Shown piece by piece: positions 26,529-35,737 of a stretch of DNA of 64,000 nucleotides. Each line of letters starts with the position of its first letter. Positions within the stretch are counted from its first letter, which is position 1. The notes beneath the pieces are model-generated. The model was not told where the DNA came from. It ran no database searches and saw only the letters and a program-made list of their open reading frames with translations. The translations under genes were made by a program, and so were the position numbers. The stretch is from Thermoplasmata archaeon (GTDB taxonomy: Archaea > Thermoplasmatota > Thermoplasmata > Thermoplasmatales > GCA-001856825): NCBI GenBank assembly GCA_049965815.1, contig JBMFVV010000003.1, positions 19,846 to 83,845 on the forward strand, given 5' to 3'.

Positions 26529-27809
26529 TCAGATTATGAGCGTCTCCTGGTCAACCCTTCTACTGGAAATACCCAGATCAGCCACTCTTATTTCAGCGTC
26601 TCCGTATAATTTGGCCTTTTCCTTTCCGGAGTAGAGCGAGGACGCGAGTCTACCAGCTGCATCTGCCTTCATGATACCGCTACCACTGCTTCCACTTATT
26701 ATCGATAGATTCATATTCCTTTCAAGAACATAGGTACCATCCATGTTGTTCATCGAGTAATACCCGGCCCAGCTTGACATTATCCTTGAATCAGAAAAGG
26801 AAGGGACGTATTCCCTCAGCACCGGGTATAGATTGTTTGAATAATAGTCTGCTTCAGCGGTTGGATTCTCCTCAAGCGAGAACCCCCTTCCTATTCCCTC
26901 GCTGTATGACACCCAGAAAGTTTTCGACTTTGGATCAGGTCTGAGGTCGATCGATGGGCTGGGAAGAATCGTGAAAGGGAATATGTCCTCTTCGCCAGTC
27001 ACCCTTCTAGTTATCATTTTCAAAATGCCCTCCCCCTGTACCTGGAAGACCTGAACCTTCTTTGGTCGGGTGAAGGAATCTATTCCAAGAGGACTGACAA
27101 GATCACTCGTCCATACGTCCGTTGCAAGAAGGAAATGATCAGCAAATATTTCACCTGATTTGGTTGTAACTGATTCAATGAATTTGTCCTGCCAGATAAA
27201 TGGCTCACCAGGAAAATTCAGCTTTGAACGAGGAGAGAGATTTAATCTTGTAACCAGAGTGTTGTACCTGAATTCTACCCCCATCGTCTCAAGTTCCTTG
27301 ACATAAAATGAGGCCAGCAGGTCTGGTTCCATTATGCCACAGTTCTCTCCAACGAAACCACCATCTATATTTTTTAAACCCATTATTTTAGCAGCCTCAG
27401 GATCAGGGTTTGTCCTTATGCCAAGATCAGAAATTTCTTCCCTGCTTATGACTTTTGATTTCACCCTCTTCAAAAGGCTCTTTACTGCTGAGGAGTTTAA
27501 ATTTCTTTCATCCATAAGAAACAGGTAGCCGTTGAAATGCATCCCCAAGTTGAATCCACCTTGCTGAATAGATTTATAAAATGAGATCGACGAAGATGCT
27601 AGTTTATAATTTGTGTCTGATGTAAAAACGTCTCTGAACGCCGCATCGCTCTTTGCGGTATTCCCCTGTGCATATGTGCCCCATTTATCCACAATGCAGA
27701 TGCTCAAGTCAGGATTGTCTTTCTTTATGTGATAGGCTGAGGATAGACCAGTCACACCAGCTCCAACGATCAGCAGATCGTACTTTTGCATGTGCACCAC
27801 GCATTGCAT
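26529..27809 (-). CDS. FAD-dependent oxidoreductase (DAO / glycine-sarcosine oxidase beta-like)
   Basis: N-terminal dinucleotide fold 'YDLLIVGAGVTGLSSAY' and 'ICIVDKWG'. The ~420-aa length is typical of the DAO family. An alternative ATG is at 27791. Confidence 0.75.
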   Translation of the reverse strand: MQCVVHMQKYDLLIVGAGVTGLSSAYHIKKDNPDLSICIVDKWGTYAQGNTAKSDAAFRDVFTSDTNYKLASSSISFYKSIQQGGFNLGMHFNGYLFLMDERNLNSSAVKSLLKRVKSKVISREEISDLGIRTNPDPEAAKIMGLKNIDGGFVGENCGIMEPDLLASFYVKELETMGVEFRYNTLVTRLNLSPRSKLNFPGEPFIWQDKFIESVTTKSGEIFADHFLLATDVWTSDLVSPLGIDSFTRPKKVQVFQVQGEGILKMITRRVTGEEDIFPFTILPSPSIDLRPDPKSKTFWVSYSEGIGRGFSLEENPTAEADYYSNNLYPVLREYVPSFSDSRIMSSWAGYYSMNNMDGTYVLERNMNLSIISGSSGSGIMKADAAGRLASSLYSGKEKAKLYGDAEIRVADLGISSRRVDQETLII

Positions 27810-27864
27810 GCGATTATTTAAGGAATCAAGAAGAGAACTGATCCAAAGAGCAACAGCGACTCAA

Positions 27865-28770
27865 TCAGATCAATTTCATTTCTTTCAGCAGGTATCTTGC
27901 ACAGGCAATATCTTCCAGACCGATCCCCATAGTCTTGAAAATTGTCTTCCTTAACCCTCTGAACTTTTGCCTTTCACCCACCACTTCCTTGAATTCAACT
28001 GGCTTACCGCCGTCGTTGACGAATTCAGAGATCTCTGAAGACTCCCTCATCGCCTGCTCAAGGTGCTCAACAATTACAAGATTTGCATCTTTTATCACAT
28101 CCTCGGAGACCTCCCTTCTTGACATGATGTTAGAACCCGCTATGTTAAGGTGATACCTGTCCAGAAATGAAAGATCCTCTATTACAGGCTCATAGGATGA
28201 TGTTATGCAAGTAATCACGTCTGCACCATTTAGGGCCTGCCTCAAGTCGCCATAGTCTTTGATATCTCTATCAAATTTGTGGGACATTCTATCTGCGAAA
28301 CCTTTACTGTGAGATGCTGTCCTGGAATACACCCTGATTTCATTTGGGTCAGAAATGCTCAGAATCCCCTCAAGCTGGGTTTCTGCCTGAAAACCAGACC
28401 CTATCAATGTGAATATGGAACAATCATCGTGGAGTAGGGAGGTTGCGAGAGCAGTTACGGCACCCGTTCTAATTTGCCCGAGTTTTTCCGCCTCAACGAT
28501 TGCCAGGAGTTCCGTTGAATCAGTATCAAACAGCAGAACAACAAATTTTGCACCGTTCTTTGTCCCAATGTATGATTTGAGGCCACTTATGTGATACTTG
28601 TTCATGAACGCAGGCATGGTGCTTAAAACAGACGAACTTGAATAAGTTCTTTGACGTGGGTCCGATCCTGCATTCCCCTTGAAATATTCCTCAAATGCTT
28701 CTTTCATCAATTCAACTGCGGTTTGCATATCTAAATATTCTGAAACTTCCTTGTCCGTAATGTAGTACAT
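27865..28770 (-). CDS. Ornithine cyclodeaminase / mu-crystallin family protein (archaeal alanine dehydrogenase-like)
   Basis: 301 aa. 'LGQIRTGAVTALATSLL' and the Rossmann segment 'FTLIGSGFQAETQL' are characteristic of the OCD/mu-crystallin family. Confidence 0.75.
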   Translation of the reverse strand: MYYITDKEVSEYLDMQTAVELMKEAFEEYFKGNAGSDPRQRTYSSSSVLSTMPAFMNKYHISGLKSYIGTKNGAKFVVLLFDTDSTELLAIVEAEKLGQIRTGAVTALATSLLHDDCSIFTLIGSGFQAETQLEGILSISDPNEIRVYSRTASHSKGFADRMSHKFDRDIKDYGDLRQALNGADVITCITSSYEPVIEDLSFLDRYHLNIAGSNIMSRREVSEDVIKDANLVIVEHLEQAMRESSEISEFVNDGGKPVEFKEVVGERQKFRGLRKTIFKTMGIGLEDIACARYLLKEMKLI

Positions 28771-28839
28771 CTATTTTCTGAGATGTATAAACCTAAAAAA
28801 CTTTCTCAATGTTTTCCCGGATGAAACGTACCGCCGTAT

Positions 28840-29394
28840 CTAACTGAGTGCCGCAGTGATTGACCCTGTCGTGCCACTATAGTTTATGACTACCTTGAAA
28901 TCAGACAGATTTACAGGGCTGCCTTCCGTGTGGAACTGTATATATATGAATGCCCCCGATTCAATAGATGTTGCTCCATTGACGGGGCTAGCTCCATTAG
29001 AAGTCCATGTACTTCCACTGCTTGTAAAAGTGTTCATATAGAGAACCGAACCATCTGGATTGGTTATGGTGGCATTCACTACTGTCCAGCCGACACCTGT
29101 GGAACTGTCATTTAGTATTTGAAGGTGGAAATCAGACGGGTTCTTTAGAACGGTCGGAGTAGCTAATGTTAAAATCAAAGTGACAGAGTTTGAAGAGGAT
29201 GATTCTTCGGATAAACCTCCTACTAGTGGTCCCGGTCCGGGACTATAGTAAGAGACCAGTAGATATACAGCTGCTGCTAGTACAACAGTTACGGCAACCA
29301 TTAGAATCGTAGCGATAACAGGAGATACTGCCTCGTCCTTTTCAATATGAAGCGTCCAAATCTTCCTTCGAGTTCTCCTTACGACTTCTTTCAT
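28840..29394 (-). CDS. Archaeal type IV pilin-like protein (class III signal peptide, DUF1628-type N-terminus)
   Basis: '...EKDEAVSPVIATILMVAVTVVLAAAVYLLV' is the archaeal prepilin N-terminal signature. A Ser/Thr/Asn-rich beta domain with N-x-S/T sequons follows. Confidence 0.8.
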   Translation of the reverse strand: MKEVVRRTRRKIWTLHIEKDEAVSPVIATILMVAVTVVLAAAVYLLVSYYSPGPGPLVGGLSEESSSSNSVTLILTLATPTVLKNPSDFHLQILNDSSTGVGWTVVNATITNPDGSVLYMNTFTSSGSTWTSNGASPVNGATSIESGAFIYIQFHTEGSPVNLSDFKVVINYSGTTGSITAALS

Positions 29395-29511
29395 CTCTTC
29401 TCCTCTGGATATCCAAGAGTAAGAAGAAATGCTTAAAACAGATATATATTTTGAGGTTTATTAACTCACTGACGTGGGTGGATTTTGCGCCCAAAGTTAA
29501 ATGTGACGTAA

Positions 29512-29907
29512 TCACAATTCCTCAAGAATTGATATCGCTTGATCAAGCAACTTAATCTTAACACTAAACCGGTCATTCTTGTCAGCTGGGTCGAATTCTG
29601 ATAGGTTACTAAGAAGCGTTAGACTTCTCTTCCTGTGTTTCATTTCATCCAGCAAGACCAACTTTGCCCTTCCCTTTACTGTTTCGAAGTCGCAATTAGG
29701 AGGATTGGTGGTGACCTTCTTTACGTAGAGCAGAAATGGCAGTGCAGACATGAAAATGTTCTTTGCTATCCTGTAATAGCCCTTGGTTATGTTTGAAAAT
29801 TCTATATTATGGAATGAAATCAAAAGTTTAAGTTCCCCGTTAACTACCCGGTATTTCTTGTTCACACAGATGACTTCGTAATGTCTTGATTCACTATCCG
29901 AAACCAT
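29512..29907 (-). CDS. Uncharacterised ~130-aa partner protein P2 (paralog of 19062..19493)
   Basis: See the alignment with P1. ATG 29907 is preceded by 'GGAGGGGA'. It is divergent from the decayed Zn-ribbon/wH-family gene, with a 57-bp spacer. Confidence 0.65.
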   Translation of the reverse strand: MVSDSESRHYEVICVNKKYRVVNGELKLLISFHNIEFSNITKGYYRIAKNIFMSALPFLLYVKKVTTNPPNCDFETVKGRAKLVLLDEMKHRKRSLTLLSNLSEFDPADKNDRFSVKIKLLDQAISILEEL

Positions 29908-29964
29908 TTCATATTCCCCTCCGAAGGTAATTTCTCTGGAAAAGTTAAATACACATCGAATTTC

Positions 29965-30569
29965 TTGAATAAAACTAGCGGGAGGAACATCACCTACTAC
30001 AGAAAAAAAGACCCATCTCAGGTGATAAAGGAGATAAAGATCAACGAGACGTCGCTCAATTGGTTTCCTTCAGGTAGGAAGGCTTCTGTTAATCTTTTTC
30101 TCTATCTGAGAAATGATACAGATAGGCCGCTAACATCCATACCCATTTCACTGCCATCAGGTGGGTCAGACTCACCGGAAGACCTCAACTTGAACGCTTA
30201 CGACCAATATGGAAGTATAGATAAAAACCGCATTAATACCACTTACACCTATCCGGGCCGGATATTGATCTCAGTTGGTTCTAACAAAGTTCTAAAACCT
30301 ATTGAAAAAACTTCGTGTTCCTGCAGGGGAATATTGATATAAACGATGATTAGATGAAATTTTCACTCCCCATCAACATAGATTCATTCAAGATGAGCTG
30401 TATTTCTGACCAAACAAGGGAGTTCTACATAAAGAGACTGTTACTGGACGGAATAAAAGAGAGCAATCCAGACCCAGTAAAGAGAGGTACACTGGAAGGG
30501 GGAAATTCCTATACGGAAGTGTAATTCGATAAACTGGTGAAAGGAGAAACGATAGTAGTATCGTGGTAG
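29965..30569 (+). pseudogene. Decayed third copy of the Zn-ribbon/wH family (N-terminally truncated, frameshifted, two premature stops)
   Basis: 'ITYYRKK...PLTSIPISLPSGGSDSPEDLNLNAYDQ' aligns with paralog A 'VLYSKK...LINSFPVSLPIGVIDSPDQIDLIAFDE'. Homology continues in another frame after the A6 run at 30305-30310: 'NFVFLQGNIDINDD*MKFSLPINIDSFKMSC...YTEV*FDKLVKGETIVVSW' versus A 'ANIFLNYSLSYEDKPINIFIPSD..LKVNC...TIVEAEFENTFRGDAIIIS'. In-frame stops are at 30351-30353 and 30522-30524. The Zn-ribbon and wH parts are absent. Confidence 0.75.
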
Positions 30570-30703
30570 GTGAAATTTAGAGTATTGTAACATCATCCAT
30601 TCCCAAGGAAATTATACAAAGCCTTTTGAATTGTGTACCAAATAGTTAATATAAGTTTAAGAGGTTTATCTGCAGTGATGCATGATCAAAAGGTGAAGAT
30701 CGA

Positions 30704-30997
30704 TTGATTGCGTGGAATAGCCTGCTAGATTTCGTACTCAGTTTCGTAGTAGGTTTATTGTTCGGTCTCTCCGTGAAGAAAGGTGCAATGGCGTTCCTCC
30801 TTGCGATCATCGGGTTTATCATAGCGGGATATGTAGGTCTAACATTCATCCCTAAAATATCTCTGGCGTATGAAATAAACAAATTCATAGGCTTATTATC
30901 TGCATACATAAAGGACTTCCATATTGGAGCACTTTCTGTATCCCTTTCAATAGTACTCTTTCTTGTCGGGCTAGCAATAGGACTCTGGAAAGGTTGA
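30704..30997 (+). CDS. Small integral membrane protein (3 predicted TM helices)
   Basis: 97 aa. 'LDFVLSFVVGLLFGLSV', 'AMAFLLAIIGFIIAGYVGLTFI' and 'LSVSLSIVLFLVGLAIGLW' are hydrophobic helices. The antisense ORF 30646..30909 looks like a shadow. Confidence 0.5.
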   Translation: MIAWNSLLDFVLSFVVGLLFGLSVKKGAMAFLLAIIGFIIAGYVGLTFIPKISLAYEINKFIGLLSAYIKDFHIGALSVSLSIVLFLVGLAIGLWKG

Positions 30998-31115
30998 GCT
31001 TCAAAATATGCTTTCCTCTTTTTTTGGCACTTTATAAATGCTATCTTAAGCCATCATATTCGATGATTAGCTACAAGAACCCATAAAGATTCATAAGGCA
31101 GAAAAATATTCATTT

Positions 31116-31877
31116 TTGTTGAAAGAAGTAAGAAGGGAGGAAGCGGTATCAGAGGTCGTGGGAACAATCCTTGTACTTGCGATTACCATTGTACTTTTTG
31201 CCGCTGTTTTTTTCTATATTCAGCAATTTCCACTAGCAAATCCATCAGAGCAGGTAACCGTTTATCCCGAAATATCTTACAACCCCCACTCACAAATCTT
31301 GTATGAGAACATTACGTTGAAAGCAGGAAGCATCCTTCCGAGGAGCAACACATATTTCATTGTTATTATAAACAATAAAGAGTTTACTACCCCTACTACT
31401 AATATTAAGCTCGGAAGCCCTTACAATAATTCGTCAATATACCTGGAACCCGGAGATGTTTTGATGTGGAACAGTTCACTGACAGGTGTGACAATCCCTG
31501 AAAATTCCAGCGTCACCTCTTTCCTGTTCTATAAACCATCTAGCCAGATACTATGGCAGTCTAAGTATGTCGTCTCTAGCCAGTTGTCAATATCTTCTTT
31601 CTATGTCACCCCCTTCCCTGTTAAACCAGATACTTCATTTGAAATCGTGCTGGACGTTGAAACCTATGACCCTAATGGTACCACTGCATACTTGAATCTT
31701 TCATCTCTGTATGGATCAAACTTCAATGTGTCCATGCACCTTTATAGCACATCAGTTAGCACAGTAACCTTCTATTTCTATGGAAGTTCCCCTGATGTTG
31801 TTCCAGCTAATTCAACAGCATATGTTACTGTGAATGCAAATGGAATGATCCAGAATTCTGAACTCATTCTAAGCTGA
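31116..31877 (+). CDS. Archaeal type IV pilin-like protein (class III signal peptide, DUF1628-type N-terminus)
   Basis: 'MLKEVRREEAVSEVVGTILVLAITIVLFAAVFFYI' followed by a sequon-rich (NIT, NSS, NSS, NGT, NLS, NVS, NST) beta domain. Confidence 0.8.
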   Translation: MLKEVRREEAVSEVVGTILVLAITIVLFAAVFFYIQQFPLANPSEQVTVYPEISYNPHSQILYENITLKAGSILPRSNTYFIVIINNKEFTTPTTNIKLGSPYNNSSIYLEPGDVLMWNSSLTGVTIPENSSVTSFLFYKPSSQILWQSKYVVSSQLSISSFYVTPFPVKPDTSFEIVLDVETYDPNGTTAYLNLSSLYGSNFNVSMHLYSTSVSTVTFYFYGSSPDVVPANSTAYVTVNANGMIQNSELILS

Positions 31878-32028
31878 CATCCTGAAAAAAATATCCGTGA
31901 TAAAATGGAAATACTTTGATGATGGGTTTCTTTCATTTCCAGTGACAATGAATAAGAGCCATGAAATGTTATACTACAGTATCATAACAACTGACAAACA
32001 TCTATATAATCCGATGGAATTATAAACA

Positions 32029-32619
32029 GTGATTATTGAGCTTGAGGCTCTTGGAATCATCGGAACTTTATATGTACTTGCTGTGTTTGTTCTATCTATC
32101 CTGAACTTCTCAAACATCATGAGAAGACAGTTCCTGAAGGCATCAGCCCTCTTCTTCATATTCAGCTTGATTTCGATGATATTTGTGGTTTTACTTGGCT
32201 ATTCCAGCATCTTCTTCCTTCCCCTAGTTACCACGGAATTCCTTCTTATGATAACTCTGTTCTACAGTTACTTGAAATCTAATGTCTATTTCCTCTCTGC
32301 GATGCTCTTTCCCCTAGCTACTGGGTCGGGATTTATGACAAGGGTGATACCATACTTTGAAGACATAGTTGTCATCCTGGCAATCTACTTTTCCCTTTAC
32401 ATAACCGGTTCAATCCTTCAAGCCAAATCCCAGGAGAGTAAGGGAAGCACAGTGGTAATGGGATCGTTCATCCTGATGGATGCATCACTCATTTTGGAAG
32501 CTTTCTATATTTTGAAGTTCAACAGCTCGTTCATGGAGATTGGAGTAACTCTCTTCGTACTGTCAATAATTCTATTCCTGCTACCTTTCCTGGTGGGGGT
32601 GTTTTCTAAGAATGCCTAA
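32029..32619 (+). CDS. Polytopic membrane protein, unknown function
   Basis: 196 aa with about six hydrophobic helices. No prepilin-peptidase GxGD motif is visible. Overlaps the downstream wHTH gene by 8 nt. Confidence 0.55.
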   Translation: MIIELEALGIIGTLYVLAVFVLSILNFSNIMRRQFLKASALFFIFSLISMIFVVLLGYSSIFFLPLVTTEFLLMITLFYSYLKSNVYFLSAMLFPLATGSGFMTRVIPYFEDIVVILAIYFSLYITGSILQAKSQESKGSTVVMGSFILMDASLILEAFYILKFNSSFMEIGVTLFVLSIILFLLPFLVGVFSKNA

Positions 32620-32911
32620 TGGGGGGCCTCAACGGATGAGGAAGAACAGAAACGAGGTGCAGATAATATTCGAGTTCATGCAAGAGATAAAAGACGGTAA
32701 CTCTCAAACCTCATCCCTGTTGAGAAAGGTAAATATCCCCTTCAATAAGTATCAGGAGCTTGTACAGCAGCTGAAAGACAGAGGAATGCTGTCTGTAACG
32801 CCAGATGGGAGTAAGGTGGCACTGGAACTCACAGACAAGGGTAAGGAGTTCCTGGAACAGTATAAAAAGTTCAGTAAGATGATGGAGAAAAGCTATGGAC
32901 TGACTCTTTAA
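32612..32911 (+). CDS. Small winged-helix DNA-binding protein (archaeal HTH_45-like)
   Basis: 99 aa. 'VQIIFEFMQEIKDGNSQTSSLLRKVNIPFNKYQELVQQLKDRGMLSVTPDGSKVALELTDKGKEFLEQY' has the layout of small archaeal wH regulators. Confidence 0.6.
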   Translation: MPNGGPQRMRKNRNEVQIIFEFMQEIKDGNSQTSSLLRKVNIPFNKYQELVQQLKDRGMLSVTPDGSKVALELTDKGKEFLEQYKKFSKMMEKSYGLTL

Positions 32912-32976
32912 ATTGTGACATTCTTTAAAGGGCCATTGAACCATTTGAAAAGCAAAAGTATTTCCTGACTTTAGTC

Positions 32977-33297
32977 ATGTACTGGACGATTATTATGGTG
33001 AGCGAAGGGAGAATTGTGGAAAACGCGGCAGGTCCTGTTGTAACTGCTATGGTTCATCTTAAGGCTGATACCGCAAAGATTGAAACAATTAGCGCAAGTC
33101 TTTCGGAACTCAATTTTGTTGAAGACATATACCTGACTACGGGGAACTGGGATATGATCTTAAAAGTGAGATTCCCGAACGTGAATCAGATGAAAAACTT
33201 CCTGGTCAAGGATTTGAGAAATGTTGATGGAATAAAGGATTCTTACACATCCATGGTCATTAATATATTCAAAGATAGGGGGGTTAAGTTCCAGTGA
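32977..33297 (+). CDS. Stand-alone Lrp/AsnC-type ligand-binding (RAM) domain protein
   Basis: 'VTAMVHLKADTAKIETISASLSELNFVEDIYLTTGNWDMILKVRFPNVNQMKNFLVKDLRNVDGIKDSYTSMV' is the AsnC_trans_reg beta-alpha-beta-beta-alpha-beta pattern without an HTH. The start is uncertain (ATG 32977, 32995 or 33049). Confidence 0.7.
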   Translation: MYWTIIMVSEGRIVENAAGPVVTAMVHLKADTAKIETISASLSELNFVEDIYLTTGNWDMILKVRFPNVNQMKNFLVKDLRNVDGIKDSYTSMVINIFKDRGVKFQ

Positions 33298-33585
33298 GTG
33301 ATAATTATGGACGAAATGACACAGATTTTGGTTGACACAACAAAGATGCTAGACGACCTGATTTCAGACTATTCCGTGCCTAGGAACATAAGGAAGAACA
33401 TTCAGGCAGCAAAGATGAAACTTTCCCAGAACAAGGGAACGCTTGACCTGAGGGCTGCAACATCCATCTCTACCCTGGATGAAATAGTGAACGATCCGAA
33501 CACGCCAGGACATGCAAGAACACTGATCTATACTATAATGGGGAAATTGGAGATACTCCAGAAGAAAGCGTCAACACTTCAGTGA
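33298..33585 (+). CDS. UPF0147 family protein
   Basis: 'DYSVPRNIRKNIQAAKMKL...ISTLDEIVNDPNTPGHARTLIYTIMGKLE' matches the conserved archaeal UPF0147 pattern (D..VPRNIR....A...L....R.A.AI..LDEI.NDPN.P.H.RT.IW) as recalled. ATG at 33307 is an alternative start. Confidence 0.7.
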   Translation: MIIMDEMTQILVDTTKMLDDLISDYSVPRNIRKNIQAAKMKLSQNKGTLDLRAATSISTLDEIVNDPNTPGHARTLIYTIMGKLEILQKKASTLQ

Positions 33586-34013
33586 TCCATCTTCCATTTC
33601 TTCTTTGCCACTTTTCTAACGTGGTCTATAACCTGTTCCAGCGGTGTTCCTGGCCCGAAATTCCCGGTAATTCCCATTTTTTCCAGTTTCTTCCTGTCTG
33701 CTGGGGGTATGATCCCTCCGCCCACAACTTGGATATCGTCCGCCCCCAGTTTCTTTAGCCATTTTTTCACTTCAGGGAATGCGCTCAGGTGCGCGCTGTT
33801 GTGAAGGCTTAAAGCCACGACGTCGACGTCCTCGTCCACTGCTATCCTGGCAACTGTTTCTGGAGTTGGCAGTAGTCCGGCATAAAGAACTTCCATACCT
33901 GCATCCCTGAACGCCTTTGCCAGAATAAGAACACCCCTGTCGTGGCCGTCCAGTGCAGGCTTTGCAACAAGTATCCTGATCCTCCTGTTCATATTATCGT
34001 TGGTTCCTTCCAT
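33579..34013 (-). CDS. Methylmalonyl-CoA mutase, small (C-terminal, cobalamin-binding) subunit
   Basis: 'RILVAKPALDGHDRGVLILAKAFRDAGMEVLYAG' contains the DxHxxG B12-binding motif. 144 aa. Confidence 0.9.
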   Translation of the reverse strand: MEGTNDNMNRRIRILVAKPALDGHDRGVLILAKAFRDAGMEVLYAGLLPTPETVARIAVDEDVDVVALSLHNSAHLSAFPEVKKWLKKLGADDIQVVGGGIIPPADRKKLEKMGITGNFGPGTPLEQVIDHVRKVAKKKWKMDH

Positions 34014-35626
34014 CCTCCGAACACCTCCCTACCGACATCTGTGATCTCCTCCAGAGTGGCATAATTCTTGACAGCTTCCATTATGGCTTCCATGGAGTTT
34101 CCATCGCCACTGTAGACTTCCTTGAGTCTTTCAAGGCTCTTCTGTACTAGACTGTTGTTCCTCTTGAGCCTCACTTCCTGCAGCCGCTTCCGCTGAATCC
34201 TTTCCGCCTTGAGGTCAATCTTGAGTACGTTGATCGGTTGTTCATTCTCTTTCACGAATGCGTTGACCCCCACTATCTTCATTTCTCCGCTTTCCACTTT
34301 CTTCTGATGAGCATAGGCAGTGGCAGCTATCTCCCTCTGCAGGTAACCGTTCTTTATGGAATTGACAACGCCACCCATTCCATCTATTGTCTTGAAATAC
34401 TTGTATGCCTCCTCTTCCATCTTGTCTGTAAGGCTTTCGATGTAATACGAGCCTCCCAGTGGATCTATCACATCTGGAATGCCTGTTTCGTAAGCAAGTA
34501 TCTGCTGAGTTCTCAGTGCCACCTCAACTGCCTGCTCCGATGGAAGAGCCCATGCCTCATCGTACGAATTCGTGTGAAGGCTCTGTGTTCCTCCCAGCAC
34601 TGCAGCGAGTGCCTCGATTGACGTCCTCACAATGTTATTAAGTGGTTGCTGCCAGGTTAGCGAATATCCGGAAGTCTGGCTGTGGAATCTCAACTTCATC
34701 GATCTGTCGTTCTTCGCGCCGTAAGTCTCCTTCATCTCCCTTGCCCAGATCCTCCGGGCTGCCCTGAACTTGGCAATTTCCTCAAAGAAGTTTATTGAAC
34801 TGTTGAAGAAGAAGCTGAGCCTCGGGGCGAATGAATCCACATCCAGCCCGTTATCTATCCCCATTTTAACGTATTCGAAGCCGTCGGCCAGTGTGAATGC
34901 AAGTTCCTGTACTGCAGACGCACCTGCCTCCCTTATATGGTAACCTGATATTGATATGTAATTCCATTTTGGCATGTTTTTGGTACAGTACACCATCATG
35001 TCCCGTATCAGTCTCATGTGCGCTTCCGGAGGATATATCCATTCCTTCTGCGCTATGTATTCCTTCAATATGTCTGCCTGTACTGTCCCCGCAAGTTGAC
35101 TCTTAGAGACTCCCGCCTTTTCACCCACAACTGCATACATTGCAGTGAGGATGTTTGCGGGCGCATTGATTGTCATTGAAGTAGACACCTTGTCGAGCGG
35201 TATGCCCTTGAAAATTATTTCCATGTCTTTCAGGGAGGAAACGTTGACTCCGCATTTTCCAACTTCACCATGTGCCCTTTCAGATGTTGCATCCAGCCCG
35301 TAAAGGGTGGGCATGTCAAATGCAATACTCAGCCCCGTCTCGCCATGCGAAAGCAGCAGTTTCAATCTTCCGTTTGTGTCCTCTGGTGTACCAAAACCTG
35401 AAAACATTCTCATAGTCCAGAGCTTTCCTCTGTACATATCCTTGTGAATTCCCCTTGTGTAAGGATACTCTCCAGGGTTGGCAAGCTGGTCCTCGTAACT
35501 CTTCGTGAAGTCATCCGGGGTGTAATATTCTTTAAGCCTTATGCCAGAGCTGTTTGTCCTCTCCCCAGATCCAGCACTTTCCATCTGTTGTTTGTATGCC
35601 TTCTTTGCTCTGTTTTTATCCGGCAT
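33989..35626 (-). CDS. Methylmalonyl-CoA mutase, large (N-terminal, catalytic TIM-barrel) subunit
   Basis: 545 aa. 'GEYPYTRGIHKDMYRGKLWTMRMFSGFGT', 'GLSIAFDMPTLYGLD' and 'LRFHSQTSGYSLT' are MCM catalytic-domain hallmarks. Overlaps the small-subunit gene by 25 nt. Confidence 0.92.
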   Translation of the reverse strand: MPDKNRAKKAYKQQMESAGSGERTNSSGIRLKEYYTPDDFTKSYEDQLANPGEYPYTRGIHKDMYRGKLWTMRMFSGFGTPEDTNGRLKLLLSHGETGLSIAFDMPTLYGLDATSERAHGEVGKCGVNVSSLKDMEIIFKGIPLDKVSTSMTINAPANILTAMYAVVGEKAGVSKSQLAGTVQADILKEYIAQKEWIYPPEAHMRLIRDMMVYCTKNMPKWNYISISGYHIREAGASAVQELAFTLADGFEYVKMGIDNGLDVDSFAPRLSFFFNSSINFFEEIAKFRAARRIWAREMKETYGAKNDRSMKLRFHSQTSGYSLTWQQPLNNIVRTSIEALAAVLGGTQSLHTNSYDEAWALPSEQAVEVALRTQQILAYETGIPDVIDPLGGSYYIESLTDKMEEEAYKYFKTIDGMGGVVNSIKNGYLQREIAATAYAHQKKVESGEMKIVGVNAFVKENEQPINVLKIDLKAERIQRKRLQEVRLKRNNSLVQKSLERLKEVYSGDGNSMEAIMEAVKNYATLEEITDVGREVFGGWKEPTII

Positions 35627-35737
35627 CTCCTACTACATCAGTATTCAATAAAAAATTCTTTCCTTTAACGGTTTTCCCCTGTAAGAACGATATTTGCCTT
35701 CCATAACAGTTAATTATTCTCCTTTAATCAGAAGCAT

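Noticed and set aside
30646-30909. 87-aa minus-strand ORF
   Set aside because: It competes with the plus-strand 3-TM ORF 30704..30997. The plus-strand product has clean amphipathic and hydrophobic helices, whereas the minus-strand one does not. Confidence in either is modest.
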